Of a DNA stretch of 64,000 bases, positions 32,971 through 44,678 are shown piece by piece. Below the pieces are notes generated by a model. It had not been told where the DNA came from. It searched no databases and was given only the letters and a program-made list of their open reading frames with translations. The DNA comes from Diplonema japonicum (taxonomy: Eukaryota; Protista; Euglenozoa: Diplonemea): positions 186,001 to 250,000 of the forward strand of contig OZ025678.1 in assembly GCA_964019335.1 (NCBI GenBank), given 5' to 3'. Numbering within the stretch: the first letter of the stretch is position 1; every line of letters starts with the position of its first letter. Made by a program: the position numbers and the translations under genes.

Positions 32971-33780
32971 ATGGGCTGGGGGGGTATGCCGTCCCGGTCT
33001 GCCTCAACATGTAACAGCTCGACCATCGAGAGGCTCGGCGAAGGTTCGATCGGTTGCAACTGGAGCGGGACCATCTTACTGAATGTGGCACCGGACTCCC
33101 TTGCGTTTCAACAAGGCATGGTGAGGCACGTGGGGAAGCAGGTGGTCAGCGTAAACGGCACGAGGGTGGCCAGCTTCAACGACATTACAAAAATCGCGGA
33201 CGCAGGAGGCAAGGTGACCTTTAACTTCTCAGACGGGGAACGACCACAAGACGACCCGGAGGCCATGGACCCGGTCAAGCCCGCAGGGTGTTCTTTGTGT
33301 AACGGAGAATTGACTGCAGAATTTATCATATCGATTTTAGGTTGTTTCCTTGCAATGATGTCACTGTGGCTGCCGTGGTTCAAGTTGAGCGTGGGCCCGT
33401 CTTTGACCATCAACGACCTCGCGGCGTATTGTGGAGGGGAGCTGTCCAACACAAACCACCTCGCGAAGACGCTCAAGGTTACGTTGATCCTTTCTTGTTG
33501 CTTCTACACCGTTCATTGTGCGGTGGTGGTGGCCACGCTGTTCTCCTTGCTTTCTGGTACCGTGTTTCGCTACACTTGTTTCGCCGCTTTGTTGAATGCG
33601 CTTATCAACGGCGTGCTTACAATAGTTTTCACCTCTATCTTCTTCTCGGAGTGGCGCGGGCAAACCTGTACTCTGACAGATACTTCGGCCTCTCTTGGGT
33701 CAGGCGGGTTTTGTGCTTTCGCCGCTGCTTTGTTATTTTTAATACACCTGGTGATTAGGTGTTTGGTAATACTTCAGTAG
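32971..33780 (+). CDS. PDZ-like domain fused to a 4-TM claudin/amastin-like domain
   Basis: SIGC...LLNVAPDSLA..G...VVSVNG..V (PDZ-like); four hydrophobic helices with LPW and extracellular cysteines. Confidence 0.7.
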   Translation: MGWGGMPSRSASTCNSSTIERLGEGSIGCNWSGTILLNVAPDSLAFQQGMVRHVGKQVVSVNGTRVASFNDITKIADAGGKVTFNFSDGERPQDDPEAMDPVKPAGCSLCNGELTAEFIISILGCFLAMMSLWLPWFKLSVGPSLTINDLAAYCGGELSNTNHLAKTLKVTLILSCCFYTVHCAVVVATLFSLLSGTVFRYTCFAALLNALINGVLTIVFTSIFFSEWRGQTCTLTDTSASLGSGGFCAFAAALLFLIHLVIRCLVILQ

Positions 33781-33833
33781 TTGGGGAGGGGTAAATAAAC
33801 ACAAACCCGCAAACCCGGGATCCCTCCCCCTTA

Positions 33834-33897
33834 GGGCTATGCTGGCAAGGTGTGATACGAAAAACGTTATTTCCCCGTTTCTTTGCCAGCATAGCCT
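33834..33897. mobile_element. Miniature MITE with GGGCTATGCTGGCA TIRs (same family as 43698-43866)
   Basis: ta|gggctatgctggcaa ... ttgccagcatagcct|ta. Confidence 0.7.
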
Positions 33898-33952
33898 TAG
33901 GGTGGCTTAGGGTGGTCAAGTGGGATTTGCCTTAAACATCGCCTTTATTGTT

Positions 33953-33989
<37 letters not shown>

Positions 33990-34940
33990 CGTACTTTCTC
34001 GTTCTCTGGCGCCCTTGCGGCGATCGTGTTGAAAAATATGAAAAGTATGGGGGGGGATTTAAAAGAAAACTTTTTTGTTGAGGGGGTTTTTTTTCCTTTT
34101 CTTTTTTGTTTTTATTAAAAGTTGCTCCCCCCCTTCAACAGTGTAGCATTATTGAATGGCGTGATTCGGGGGGGTACGGTGCCCAGAAACTCTTTTTTGA
34201 CACCGCCTCCCCCTATTTTTGTTGTCTCCCCCCCCCTCTCTTATTGCTGATGCGTTTCCCTTGTTCTCAGTTGAATTTTTTTTGAGGCAGTTCACTTTTT
34301 TGCCCAAAAAAAAAAGTCAAAAAATTCACTCGTATTTTTCTTGGCTATTAAGTGAATTGCCCCCCCCCCCCTTTTTTTTTATATTGTGTTTTTCTACTTT
34401 TAATACCGACCGAAAACCTTTTTTTTCTTTTTTTTTTTTCCCTCCCCTTATTTAATTCCGCAAAGTAACAATGAGGAAAATTCTGCAGAACTATATCCAT
34501 CATCAATTTTTGAATTTTAGTAGCCGCGGAGGTCAGTGCCCTCGGCCAGGGTTTCAGTATCGTGAGAAGGTTCGATTTTCTGACCCCGATTTCCAAAAAA
34601 AAAAAAGTTCGCTTTCCACTACTTGAATCGGCGTCTCCGACTGAGCTACGGCATGTTACGTTTTTTTTTTTTTTTTTTTTTTTTTTTCTGAATCATAAGC
34701 TCAGCATTGCCTATTTTGCAGTAGTTTTTCTTCAGTTTTCTTGGTGTCCGAATTTTCCCTCATTTTTTAACTTTTGCAAAATTAAGTAAAAAAAGTATCA
34801 TACTAAATAAAAATCAGCCAGATCTTTTTTTTTTGCAAGAACGAGTCTTAGTTGTCTAAACAAAAGGGGAACGTTGGCAACGTGTTTCGGGTTGACAAAC
34901 TTCTCCAGGTTTTACCCGGCACGTACAAACAACGGCCAGT

Positions 34941-34985
<45 letters not shown>

Positions 34986-35039
34986 CCCCCTTTCCAAACG
35001 GTTTATGCCGTCGCATTCTTCTTTTTTTTTTCTTTCTTC

Positions 35040-35336
35040 TGGGCGGACGAAGTGCATGGGTTGCGTGATGGCTCTCTGCCCTTCACTGGGTCATTCGGGT
35101 TACTACAACGGCACCATAAGGGGCTACTCCTCTAGACAGGTGTTCGCCTCCCCGGCAACCTCCACATTCTTGAGAGGGTTGTACAGCTATTGTGTCCTTC
35201 CTAACTCGGTTGGGGGGTTTATACCTAAGGTACCGAGGGGGGTTGAGCGAGGGGCCGAGCAGCAAGGTTCGATCGAGAGATAATTTGAGACTCTTCAGGC
35301 GTCCTGCCACATACCGCAGGTTCACCCTTATATGTC
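35040..35336 (+). repeat. SINE-like repeat, longest copy (shared part 35268-35336)
   Basis: Same 3' end as 9584-9650 and 54740-54780; bounded by T-tracts; 5' limit approximate. Confidence 0.7.
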
Positions 35337-35769
35337 TTTTTTTTTTCTCTTCCCCCCTTCCTCTTCCCTTCACCATATCCGCCCCGTGTGATTAGAACGG
35401 GGGAGGGAAAAAAAAAAAAAGAAGAAAAAAAAAGATTCAGCTCTTTTTTTTTTTTTCTTTTTTTTTTTTCTTCTCCCTTTTTCTTTCCCTTTTAGTTCCG
35501 CTGATTTTCATTGAGGATTGTTGCTAGCACTTCTTTCCATCATCGCCTTTCCCGGGTCTCGGGGTTAGCCTCAGGCGTGCTGCGCCAGAGCATAAAATAA
35601 AAGAAACCCCTTTTCCCAATATAAAAAAAAGAGAAATATTCTGAAAACTCCTTTCCCCCCTTCCTCTTCTTTGCTTTAAACATCACACTGGTAACGTGAA
35701 GAGACATACCAGGAGGGGTTTTTGTTCTTTTCTGACATTTTTTTTCCCCGCCTTTTTTTTTTTCAATGC

Positions 35770-36860
35770 ATCATGAGAGAGGGGAGAGGGTCGGAGGAGC
35801 CTTGGAGCCGAATCAAGAAGATAGCTCAGATATATGAAGATACGGAGCTACCAGACGCAGGTGGCTACCGCTAGTAGAGAAGAAGTGGCAGTTCATGGAG
35901 GGGCTGTACGAGAAGTCGGCGCACGAGAGGAAGCACCAGGTGAGGGAGGTGCTGACCTGCTATCATGAAACAACTCGTAAGCTGTCGACCAACGTTTGAG
36001 GACGCAGAGAAGGGGGCACGCGCTGTGGGAGTGTGCCCCTGCGAGACAAGCGCAGCAGGAAAGTGTGTACGCGGAGGTCAAAAGAGAAGGGCTGCCGAAA
36101 GCAACGGCGCTAGGAACGGGAGCGGAAGTGCAGAAACAAGCGCGACTGGTGCAGAGCTACCTGGTGCGAGTGGTGGCGTTGCGTGACAGTAGAGCAGCGG
36201 AGAGGACGGTGCATGTTAAGACCATATCCTTGGAAAGAGACGACGGCCGGAACAAGATGCCCGGTACCGACGGAGGAGATGCCCGGTACCGACGGAGCAG
36301 ATGCCCGGTACCGACGGAGCAGATGCTTGTTGCGCACGGAGCAACGGGTGAGATACTGAAAAAGCAGTTGAAACATGTGCTACCCTGGCTGCAAGGTCTG
36401 AGGTGGTACCTAGGATCGAAGAAGACGTCAATCACCACGATGGAGCTGGCAATTGATTTTGAGATGACGACCGGTATATCCTTATACGGGGAACATGGGG
36501 AGAGCAGTCTGTTGGAGAGAAAAGCCGCACGTCTGCGGTACATCCTCAATAGAGTGCAAGCATGTGCGGCAAAGGGCAACAAAAGCGGCTTCCCGGCAGG
36601 AAGGATGACCAGAGTACTCCCTGAGAAACCTGGGAACACCAGCGATGCATGGCTACGACAAGAGACCCTTGTTCTCGTCAACCCAAACAGCCCCCTATTT
36701 GGAGGGACTGCGACCGATGTTCTTAGCGCAGATGCCGTCCATGACGGACAGGCAAACCCCGACGGCCGGCACCGGATGCAACCGCAGAATGGTGACAGGC
36801 ACGTGTAGGATCCCCAGTCCACGGTGGGCACCAACCAGCGCACCGCAAAAATAGATCGAG
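35770..36860 (+). mobile_element. Non-LTR retrotransposon 3' relic (copy C)
   Basis: HALWEC, LVQSYLVRVV..RD, RCPVP, WLQGLRW, MELAIDFEMTTG, FPAGR; frameshifted; followed by a T-tract. Confidence 0.7.
36255..36326. repeat. 22-bp tandem triplication in copy C
   Basis: agatgcccggtaccgacggag(c/g) x3. Confidence 0.9.
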
Positions 36861-36875
36861 TTTTTTTTTTTTTTT

Positions 36876-37991
36876 GGTCACTGGCGAACGAAAGAAGCAC
36901 AGTGAAGGGGATGGAGGCGGGAGCGGATCCCAAAACCAACCAACTGTGGAAGACAGCCAAGGACCCACTCATGTCCTACTGCCTGAGACGGGTGATCGCC
37001 GGAGGGGTCCCCTACCTTAGCCCGCATGCAGGTACGAGTCAAAGGAGCGTCCCCCTGGCACCAGAAGGAGATGGCACCGAGGAAGACGGGGACAGCATAG
37101 ACCACGTCCCAACGACGGAAGTACCACGCACACAAGGGTTCAGGTGTGACCTGTGTGAGTCACCACACCCGGACACGGTAACCTTACTACGCCATCAGCT
37201 TTACGAGTGTGCCTGCGCACGGGACGAGCTGGCACAGGACGGTTTGGAACCGCTGCGCGACAGGACGGGATGGCCCCTGTGTCTTGAGCTACACGCAATA
37301 CTGCCGAGAGGACATGCCTTTGCATACCTGGAAAAACTGCAACGATACTTGGCCGTGGTGGTTGAGAAGCGGGACGTGGTGCTCGTGCAGAAGGAGGACG
37401 TCAACACACAGCCGCTACCGTGGGAACGAAATGTAGTAGGAAAGAGATGCCCCGTTCCGATAGCAGGCGAGCTCGAGGGAGTGGGTGGGGTCCTGTCCCA
37501 GTACCTGAACCCGCTGCTACAATGGTTGTCACAGCTACGCTGGGTGGAGAAGGACACCGCCTCGGAGGTGTCGGCGGTGGAGCTAGCCATTGACTTCGAA
37601 TGGACGACCGGTAAATCATTAGGAGGCCTGCTGGAAGATAGGGCACGCAGAATCAAGGCCCTAATCGTAAAGATAAACGCAGCGTGCAGGGCACGGAAGA
37701 AGCGACGCCCCTTCCCAGCGGATGAGCAGAAAAGGGTGAAATCCCTCATCGCCATAGGAGGAAGGGCAGCTATAGGCTTCTCCAGGAGGCCCATTTTTGC
37801 TACCCAGTCCACGCACGACAAGCTGATGGATTTGAAGGCCGCCTACAAGCGGGATCGCATCACACGACTCCGCAAGACGCTCACAGCCACAATCGGGATG
37901 AAAGCAATGCTCCAGAAGGGGAGTATTAACAGATAGACCCCCCCCTCCCATAGGGCGGCCCTCTAGCGGGGGGCTTGTCCTGTACTTTGAG
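36876..37991 (+). mobile_element. Non-LTR retrotransposon 3' fragment (copy D) with open ORF end, head-to-tail with copy C
   Basis: YCLRRVIAG, CDLC-x10-H-x4-C, LQRYLAVVV..RD, VELAIDFEWTTG; stop at 37936, short 3' UTR, then a T-tract. Confidence 0.75.
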
Positions 37992-38446
37992 TTTTTTTTT
38001 TTTTTTTTAAGTAACCAAATCGATAAAAATCTGTCCCTCTTTTATTTCCACCCCACATTTATAAACACTTTCTGTTACAAGTGAAGCAAAACAAAAAAAA
38101 AAAAGAAAATTTGTTGTTGTTCCGTTCTTTAGGTTCTATTTTTTTTTTTCCCTCCTTCGTTCGAACAAGAAGGAAAAAAAAAGGGGAAAAAAAAAAAGAA
38201 AAAAAAAACAATATTGTAAATGAACTTGCTATTTAAAAAAAAAAAAAAAAAAAAAAATGAAAGGGGTAAAAAAAAGTTGCAGCTTCTCACAATTAGCACC
38301 CCCCCACCTGCATACTGAACACTTTATCGATTTTTTTTAGCCCTTTTTTTTTTCTTCTTCTTCCCCCTCTTTCTTTTTTCTTTTTTTTTTTTTACTCATA
38401 CCCAGAAAAAAGAAGGAAAAAAAAAAAAAAAAAGGGAGGGAGAAAA

Positions 38447-41017
38447 ATGGCGTCCGATCGACGGCACCAAGCAGTGTCGGTTGCAGTGAGGGTTCGGCCG
38501 TTAAGACCAGATATTGGCGAAGAAAACAGCGGATGGGACATCGAAGGCAACACGCTGCTGGAAAGGGGCAACCCAGACGTAAAATTCAGCTTCAACCACG
38601 TTTACACACGAGAACACAGCACCCTAGACATCTACAACGGCTGCGTGGCCGGGCCTATTGTACAGTCCTGCATGGCCGGGTTTAACGCAACAGTGTTTGC
38701 CTACGGCCAAACAAGCAGCGGCAAATCCTTCACAATGCTTGGAGAAGGGCACCACCAGGGCATCGTCCCACTCGCGGTGGGTGATATGTTCCGCCATGTT
38801 GAGGAACAGCAAGCCACCGGCCGTGACATTGTCATAAAATGCTCCATGCTTGAAATTTACAACGAACATCTTCGAGACCTTCTTCTCGAGGACCAGCCCG
38901 ATCAACAACGCCCGCTTCTCAGAGTAGTCAGTTCCCCAATGAGAGGTACTTACGTAGACGGTGCCATCCGTCGCACCGTAACGTCACCCGCTCAATTTAT
39001 CCAATACATCCACAAGGAAGCTGCCGCACGCCGTGTTCAAGCAACGCATTCTATGAACCTCCGTTCATCCCGTTCACATTGTATAGTCCGGCTGGACGTG
39101 GAGTGCTGGGAAGGTGGATCGATCGACGCTTCCTTTGTCTCGGAAAACGAAACCAGCACCCGAGACGTGTCTGCAAGCGGTGTTCCAACCGGAAATGGTT
39201 CTGACAGTTTGAAAATGTCTGCCTTGCATCTTGTCGATCTAGCTGGCTCCGAGAGGATCTCCAAGACGGGTGCCACGGGTGCTCGGAAAACAGAGGGTGC
39301 GAACATCAACAAATCGCTTCTGTTCCTCGGGACTGTAATCGAAAAGTTGTCCAACCCAGACCATAAGGGGTACATCCCTTATAGGGACTCGCTCCTCACA
39401 AAAATGCTCCAAACCGCGTTGGGAGGAAACTCCGTGACGCAGGTCATCGCAGCCATCACAGAGGCAGACATGCACAAGGAGGAAACCAGGTCTACTCTCC
39501 ACTTTGCATACCGTGCAAGCAGGGTGCGGAATGTCATCAGCCGGAACGAAATCTCCGACGATAAAAGCCGCGTCCGTAAGTTGGAAACGGACATAAAATC
39601 CATGAGGAAAGCCCTCGTTGCAAAACAGCTCTCCCTCCTCTCCTCGCGGCTCAAGCTTAAAAAATTCCAAATTTCAGGAGTCGCACCGCAGCACACCGGG
39701 ACCACTAAAATAATAGAAGCCTTGGAATCTGCAAACACCGCGCTCCGTCAAGAGCTGTCGTCCCGCCCGTCAGGGGCGTCGACAGGGAATTTCGAAGAAC
39801 TGCAGTCGCAGCTCCAACAATACCAACAGCGATCCGAAGAGCTTGAGGAGGATGTCAAACAGCTTCAAGAAGCCCAAGACACACTGGAGGGTTTGTGCAA
39901 GGAGCTTGAAGAGGAAAACGACACCAAAATAAAAAAAGTAGACCGGTTCAGAAAGGAAAAAAAGGCCGCCGAGACACAGCTCGCCTCCGTGCGGAACGCC
40001 AACGTGGAACTGCAGGACAAGGTCCTGCAACTGGAGGCGGAGAAAAAAGGTTTCGGCGAAAAAATGGAGAACGAGCTGAGCAGGGTGCGACAGCAAGGAG
40101 GAAGCGAGGCAATGCAAGAGGTGACGGAACTCCGAAAACAGCTTACAGAACTGACTGAAAAACACAACGGACTGTTGCAACTGTACACCCAAGCCGAGAC
40201 AGGGTACAGGCAAAACACCGCAGCACAACAGGACGCGGAGAAAGAAACAACCGCGGAGATTGAAAAACTAAAAAAAGAAGCAGTGGAACAGGCGGAATTC
40301 TGCAGACGCTTGATGAAAGCGGCAAGCACGTCCGCTGTCGACGGCCATAAAAACGAAACCGGACTGGTGAAGGAGAGGGAAATTGCTGCTGTTGAAAAGC
40401 AGCTGAGATCGTTCATTTCATCACGACAGTCGCACCCTCCTGCAGTACTCTCGTATGAGCCACCTGTGAGCCAATTGAAGCAATTGACAAATGTCCAAAA
40501 CAAATTTGAACCAAGAGAGAACACTGTAGAAGAAGACGAAGAATTCCCCGACATCCCAGTACGGATCAGGGGTATGGACGCGGAAACAAAGGCAACGAGA
40601 CGAAGACGGCCGAACACAGCAGGGTCCGTCACCGCCACCGCCTCCAACATGTCTGTCGCGTCCGTCGCGTCATCTTCTGCAGTTTCCTCTGCTTTTTCTG
40701 AACCGAGTATCGCTCAGAACGTTGCTACTCAAATGCAAGAACGGATACTTTTCTTGGAAGACGCCATTTCGCAAAGAGATTCTCAGCGTGATGTTATAAT
40801 AGACACAAAGCTTAAGAGAATGCAGGACTTGCTTGTTAGGCTTCATGGTACGAATGTCAACTTGGAGCAGACTGTCAACAAGGTCGCCGACGATGCAAGG
40901 CAACTCCGAGAATTCATCGACCTGAGAAGGCTGACGGGAAAGCTGCCCCCCAACCTTGTGGCCCCCCTCCCTGCGTCTGACGACCTCATCAACGCTTGCA
41001 AGACCGTCAAAAGATAA
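38447..41017 (+). CDS. Kinesin motor protein (kinesin-7/CENP-E-like), N-terminal motor plus coiled coil
   Basis: VAVRVRP, FAYGQTSSGKS (P-loop), EIYNE, SSRSH, LVDLAGSE, IPYRDS. Confidence 0.95.
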   Translation: MASDRRHQAVSVAVRVRPLRPDIGEENSGWDIEGNTLLERGNPDVKFSFNHVYTREHSTLDIYNGCVAGPIVQSCMAGFNATVFAYGQTSSGKSFTMLGEGHHQGIVPLAVGDMFRHVEEQQATGRDIVIKCSMLEIYNEHLRDLLLEDQPDQQRPLLRVVSSPMRGTYVDGAIRRTVTSPAQFIQYIHKEAAARRVQATHSMNLRSSRSHCIVRLDVECWEGGSIDASFVSENETSTRDVSASGVPTGNGSDSLKMSALHLVDLAGSERISKTGATGARKTEGANINKSLLFLGTVIEKLSNPDHKGYIPYRDSLLTKMLQTALGGNSVTQVIAAITEADMHKEETRSTLHFAYRASRVRNVISRNEISDDKSRVRKLETDIKSMRKALVAKQLSLLSSRLKLKKFQISGVAPQHTGTTKIIEALESANTALRQELSSRPSGASTGNFEELQSQLQQYQQRSEELEEDVKQLQEAQDTLEGLCKELEEENDTKIKKVDRFRKEKKAAETQLASVRNANVELQDKVLQLEAEKKGFGEKMENELSRVRQQGGSEAMQEVTELRKQLTELTEKHNGLLQLYTQAETGYRQNTAAQQDAEKETTAEIEKLKKEAVEQAEFCRRLMKAASTSAVDGHKNETGLVKEREIAAVEKQLRSFISSRQSHPPAVLSYEPPVSQLKQLTNVQNKFEPRENTVEEDEEFPDIPVRIRGMDAETKATRRRRPNTAGSVTATASNMSVASVASSSAVSSAFSEPSIAQNVATQMQERILFLEDAISQRDSQRDVIIDTKLKRMQDLLVRLHGTNVNLEQTVNKVADDARQLREFIDLRRLTGKLPPNLVAPLPASDDLINACKTVKR

Positions 41018-41634
41018 TTTTTTTTTTTTTTTTTTTTTTTTTCTACAGTGGATTTTTTTTTTTTTTTTTTTTTTTTAAGAATAGAAATAATTTTATTTTT
41101 TTTCTTATTTAGATACTTTTGCTCCCCCCTCACCCTTTTCCCCCCAATTTTTTTTTCCACCTATCCGTAGCTGCGATCGAGTTAGCGATGAATTTCGAAT
41201 GCTGCATGAAGAAGGCATTGGGGGGGGGGGGGGGGGGGGGGCAGTATGAATCGACAAAAGGGGAGCATCATGTGATAGTTCGAAAGTATGAAGGTGGGGA
41301 GAGAGGGGGGGGGAAGAAAAAGTGAGCTATTGAAAGAGAGGGCAGAGTATTGTTTCAAAAAAAAAAGCAGATTATTACTGCATTCTCCCCCCCCCCACTT
41401 TTTTATTAGATCTTTTTCTTTTTACAAATTATTATTACCCCCCCCCCCGTTCTGTTTTTTATACTTTTTTTTTTACGATTACCACCCCCTCCCCCCCTCT
41501 TTCAATTCTTTCATTCTCACTGCCACCCTGCTGCCCAATCCCCTCTCTGTTTATTTATTTATTTTCATTGAAATATCACATGTTTTGAGGGGTTTGTGAT
41601 ACAAAGAGGGGGGGGAATAAAAAAAAAAGAAGAA

Positions 41635-42306
41635 ATGTCCGGTGAAGAGTCGGGTGATGAACTTGAAGATTTGCAGTTCGTGATGGTGACAGTGGAAATA
41701 TCCAGCGACGCAGCGAGGGTGTTGTTGGAAAGATGCGAATGGTGCGTGGAGGAGGCGATAGAGTGGTACTTCAGCGGAGAGGTCAGCAGAGAGGAACTGG
41801 AGCTTGAGGCCTCGAGACAGCTGAAGGGAAAAGTCCCAGCCTGCCAGTTCTACTGGAACGGTAGATGCCCCAATGGCGAAAAATGCCTTCTCAGCCATGG
41901 CGATGGCAACCACACTTCCGAGCCTACGGGCGTAGAACTCTTCACCCGTGACACGAATTCGATGGACTTCCATGAATTGCTAGAATTGGGAGATTCTATG
42001 GGGCATGTTCCAACCCCTCTGGACACCTCTGTAAAATCCAGGCTCCGGACAGTGACGCTGGCTCAGGCTAAAATCCACATAGAGAACTGCCCGATATGCA
42101 TAGAGCAAGTAGGCCGTGGTACTGTGCTTACCGAGCTGCCTTGCTCGCACGCCTTTCACACCTCGTGTATTGGGAAATGGTTTGAAGGGAGCAGAGTGTG
42201 TCCGATCTGCAAGAAGGAGGTTACATTGCCCCCTCTCAGGCCGCCCACCCCACCAAAAATCAAAGAACGTAATTTATGGGGTTTGAAGAGGAAATGTAAA
42301 ACATGA
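41635..42306 (+). CDS. UBA-like + CCCH zinc finger + RING-H2 E3 ligase
   Basis: F..VT.....A..LLE...W.VEEAI..YF (UBA-like); CQFYWNGRCPNGEKCLLSH; CPIC...LPCSHAFHTSCI..W....CPIC. Confidence 0.9.
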   Translation: MSGEESGDELEDLQFVMVTVEISSDAARVLLERCEWCVEEAIEWYFSGEVSREELELEASRQLKGKVPACQFYWNGRCPNGEKCLLSHGDGNHTSEPTGVELFTRDTNSMDFHELLELGDSMGHVPTPLDTSVKSRLRTVTLAQAKIHIENCPICIEQVGRGTVLTELPCSHAFHTSCIGKWFEGSRVCPICKKEVTLPPLRPPTPPKIKERNLWGLKRKCKT

Positions 42307-42395
42307 CGCTGCGGAAAAAAAAAAAAAAAAAAAATGCACTTTATTTATTATTATTATTTTGCCACAGGCACTGCTTCCGCTTTAGTCTGCTTGGG

Positions 42396-42451
<56 letters not shown>

Positions 42452-42690
42452 CCCTTCACTTTTTCTTGCTCTCGTGGCTAAAACGTGAGTCGTAAGAAAT
42501 CTTTTTTTTTCTCCCTTCTCTCATCAACGAGTCACCATGTTTGGCATGTGGTGGATTGTGTGTGTATTTCCGGAAAGGAAAAAAAAAATAAAAATGGGTT
42601 TGCCCCCCCCCCCCCCCCCCCCCGCCTTTTTTCTCTCTGTTCGATATCTCTTATTTTATTCATATAGGGGGTGTACCAAAAGAAAAACTT

Positions 42691-42721
<31 letters not shown>

Positions 42722-42807
42722 CATATCCACTCTCTTTCCTTTTCATTCTTGCCCTCGTTATGATTCCTATCCCTAACACTCTGTCTCTCCCTCTCCGCCT
42801 CTATTCC

Positions 42808-42840
<33 letters not shown>

Positions 42841-42983
42841 CAATGCTTAAGTTTTTTCTTCACCTCTGTCGATATATTAAAAAAAAAAAATATGTAAAGC
42901 TTATTGGTAGGTATGGTATGTGTATTCCATCCCCTTCAGGGGGGGTGGGGGTGTCTTCTAGTACCCTTATGCAACTTGAGCGG

Positions 42984-43024
<41 letters not shown>

Positions 43025-43140
43025 TATTTTTGGGTTGTTGCTATATTCCTTTTCCCTCCTATTTTCTTAACACCGCGGGCCTCTAACACCCCATAAGCTC
43101 TCAAATAGTTAGATGTGCCAGCCGGGGGGGGGGGGGGATA

Positions 43141-43695
43141 GGGGGGGTCACATGGTCCTAAAAAACGTGGTTAAACGTGAAAAAAAAAGGTTTTTTAAGA
43201 ATTTTCCCCTAAGGTAAAAAAAAACCGCCCAATACCCTCCAAATTAACCAAAAAATCAAAATTCGCGTTTGGTACCTGAAATATTTGCAAAAACAAACTA
43301 CATCCTAACCTCGGGAAAATGATAGATATTCATCAGAAATGCCGCGCAAAACACAGAAAAGTTCACAGTCGGACAATGTAAGACAGTACTCTGCCGTTCA
43401 AACGGTAGCGGCATCCTAAAGAGCCGCGTTCAAAGGGTGGAACAAACCATGGTCAAATTCTAAAGTTTTCAGAAAACTCAGAAACTACAGGGGAGACAAC
43501 AGGCCAGGTACCAAACCGTGGTCACCAGTTTTAAAAATGCAAAATAATGCCTTGTAGGTGCCCAAAAATGAAAAGTACCGGGCGGAAATCGATTTCTTGG
43601 TCGAGAAAGGGGTGTTTTTCATGGTTTAAGCGGCTCCAGTGTTCTGCATTTCCGAATTTGAAAAAACCCACTTTACCACCCCCATGTGACCCCCC
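43141..43695. mobile_element. TA-flanked non-autonomous element with GGGGGGTCACATGG TIRs
   Basis: ta|gggggggtcacatgg ... ccatgtgacccccc|ta; complex, non-homopolymeric interior. Confidence 0.6.
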
Positions 43696-43697
43696 TA

Positions 43698-43866
43698 GGG
43701 CTATGCTGGCATGGAAACGCGTTTCCATGCATTTTTTGAAAAAAAGGGAAACAGAAACGGATACGGAAACGGAAACGTTTCCTTAAGAAGGAAGCCGTTT
43801 CCATAAGAATTTTGAAAAGTATGGAAACGGGAACGGAAACGGAAACGTTTCCTGCCAGCATAGCCC
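43698..43866. mobile_element. MITE with 14-bp TIRs and internal GGAAAC/AAACGG repeats
   Basis: ta|gggctatgctggca ... tgccagcatagccc|ta. Confidence 0.8.
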
Positions 43867-44678
43867 TAGGGGGGGGGGGGAGAAAAAGAAGAAGGAAAAA
43901 AAAAGAAAAGAAAAACCTTACTTCTTTGCCAACGAAACAAAAAATAAAGTACGAACGCGGAATATTTCTGTACCTTTTTCCTTTTTTTGGGGGGGGGATG
44001 CATATTTTACAAGATTATTACCTTGCCTTTTATTTTATGTGTGCCAAAACAAAACAAAACAAAGAAGAGAACTACCATTGGCAGCGCAGCTTGCTTTTAT
44101 ATAAAAAAAGGGGGGGAGCTACCTTAGTGCTAGTGTGCACAAAATAAACACTCAAAAAGATTTTTTTGAACCCCTTTTCTAAAGGAAAAAAAAAAGAAAA
44201 ATAAAAAAAAAGAAAAAGAAAAATAAAAAAAAGCCCAGAGAAACAACGTATCGAGCAGCCCTGGTTCCCCAGCTTCCGAATATTGTTGGTTTTGTTTTTT
44301 TCTGCCTTTTTTCGCGCTAGGCTTCTTGTAGTAGTTTGCACGTGGTCCTCCCCCCGCCCACGACGCGCTTCGCACTTTGCCCTGTTTAAAAAAAAAAAAA
44401 AAAAATCCCGAACAGAAAGGTTCAATGTGGCACCTTAACTGGGGAAAAGGGGGGGGGAGAAAAAAACAAGAGAGAAAAACCAGATCGTAAAGTAAAAACT
44501 GGGTCCCTCCCCCCCCTTTTTTTTTAAAAAAAAGGTTTATTTGAGAGAAAATCTATGGGCTTCTCATTCCTCTTGCCGTTTCACTTACCCTTTTCATTCC
44601 CCCCTCCCCCCCCTTAAAAAAAACCCCCCCTCCTCGTTCCTCTTTTTATTTTATATTTTATTATTATTTCAGTAAAGC

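Noticed and set aside
33897-33915. TTAGGG telomere-like repeats
   Set aside because: Only two interrupted units, explained by a MITE end next to another short repeat.
37975-37992. Spliced-leader remnant (CTGTACTTT)
   Set aside because: Only a 9-nt match to the euglenozoan SL 3' end, with no upstream SL sequence or donor site.
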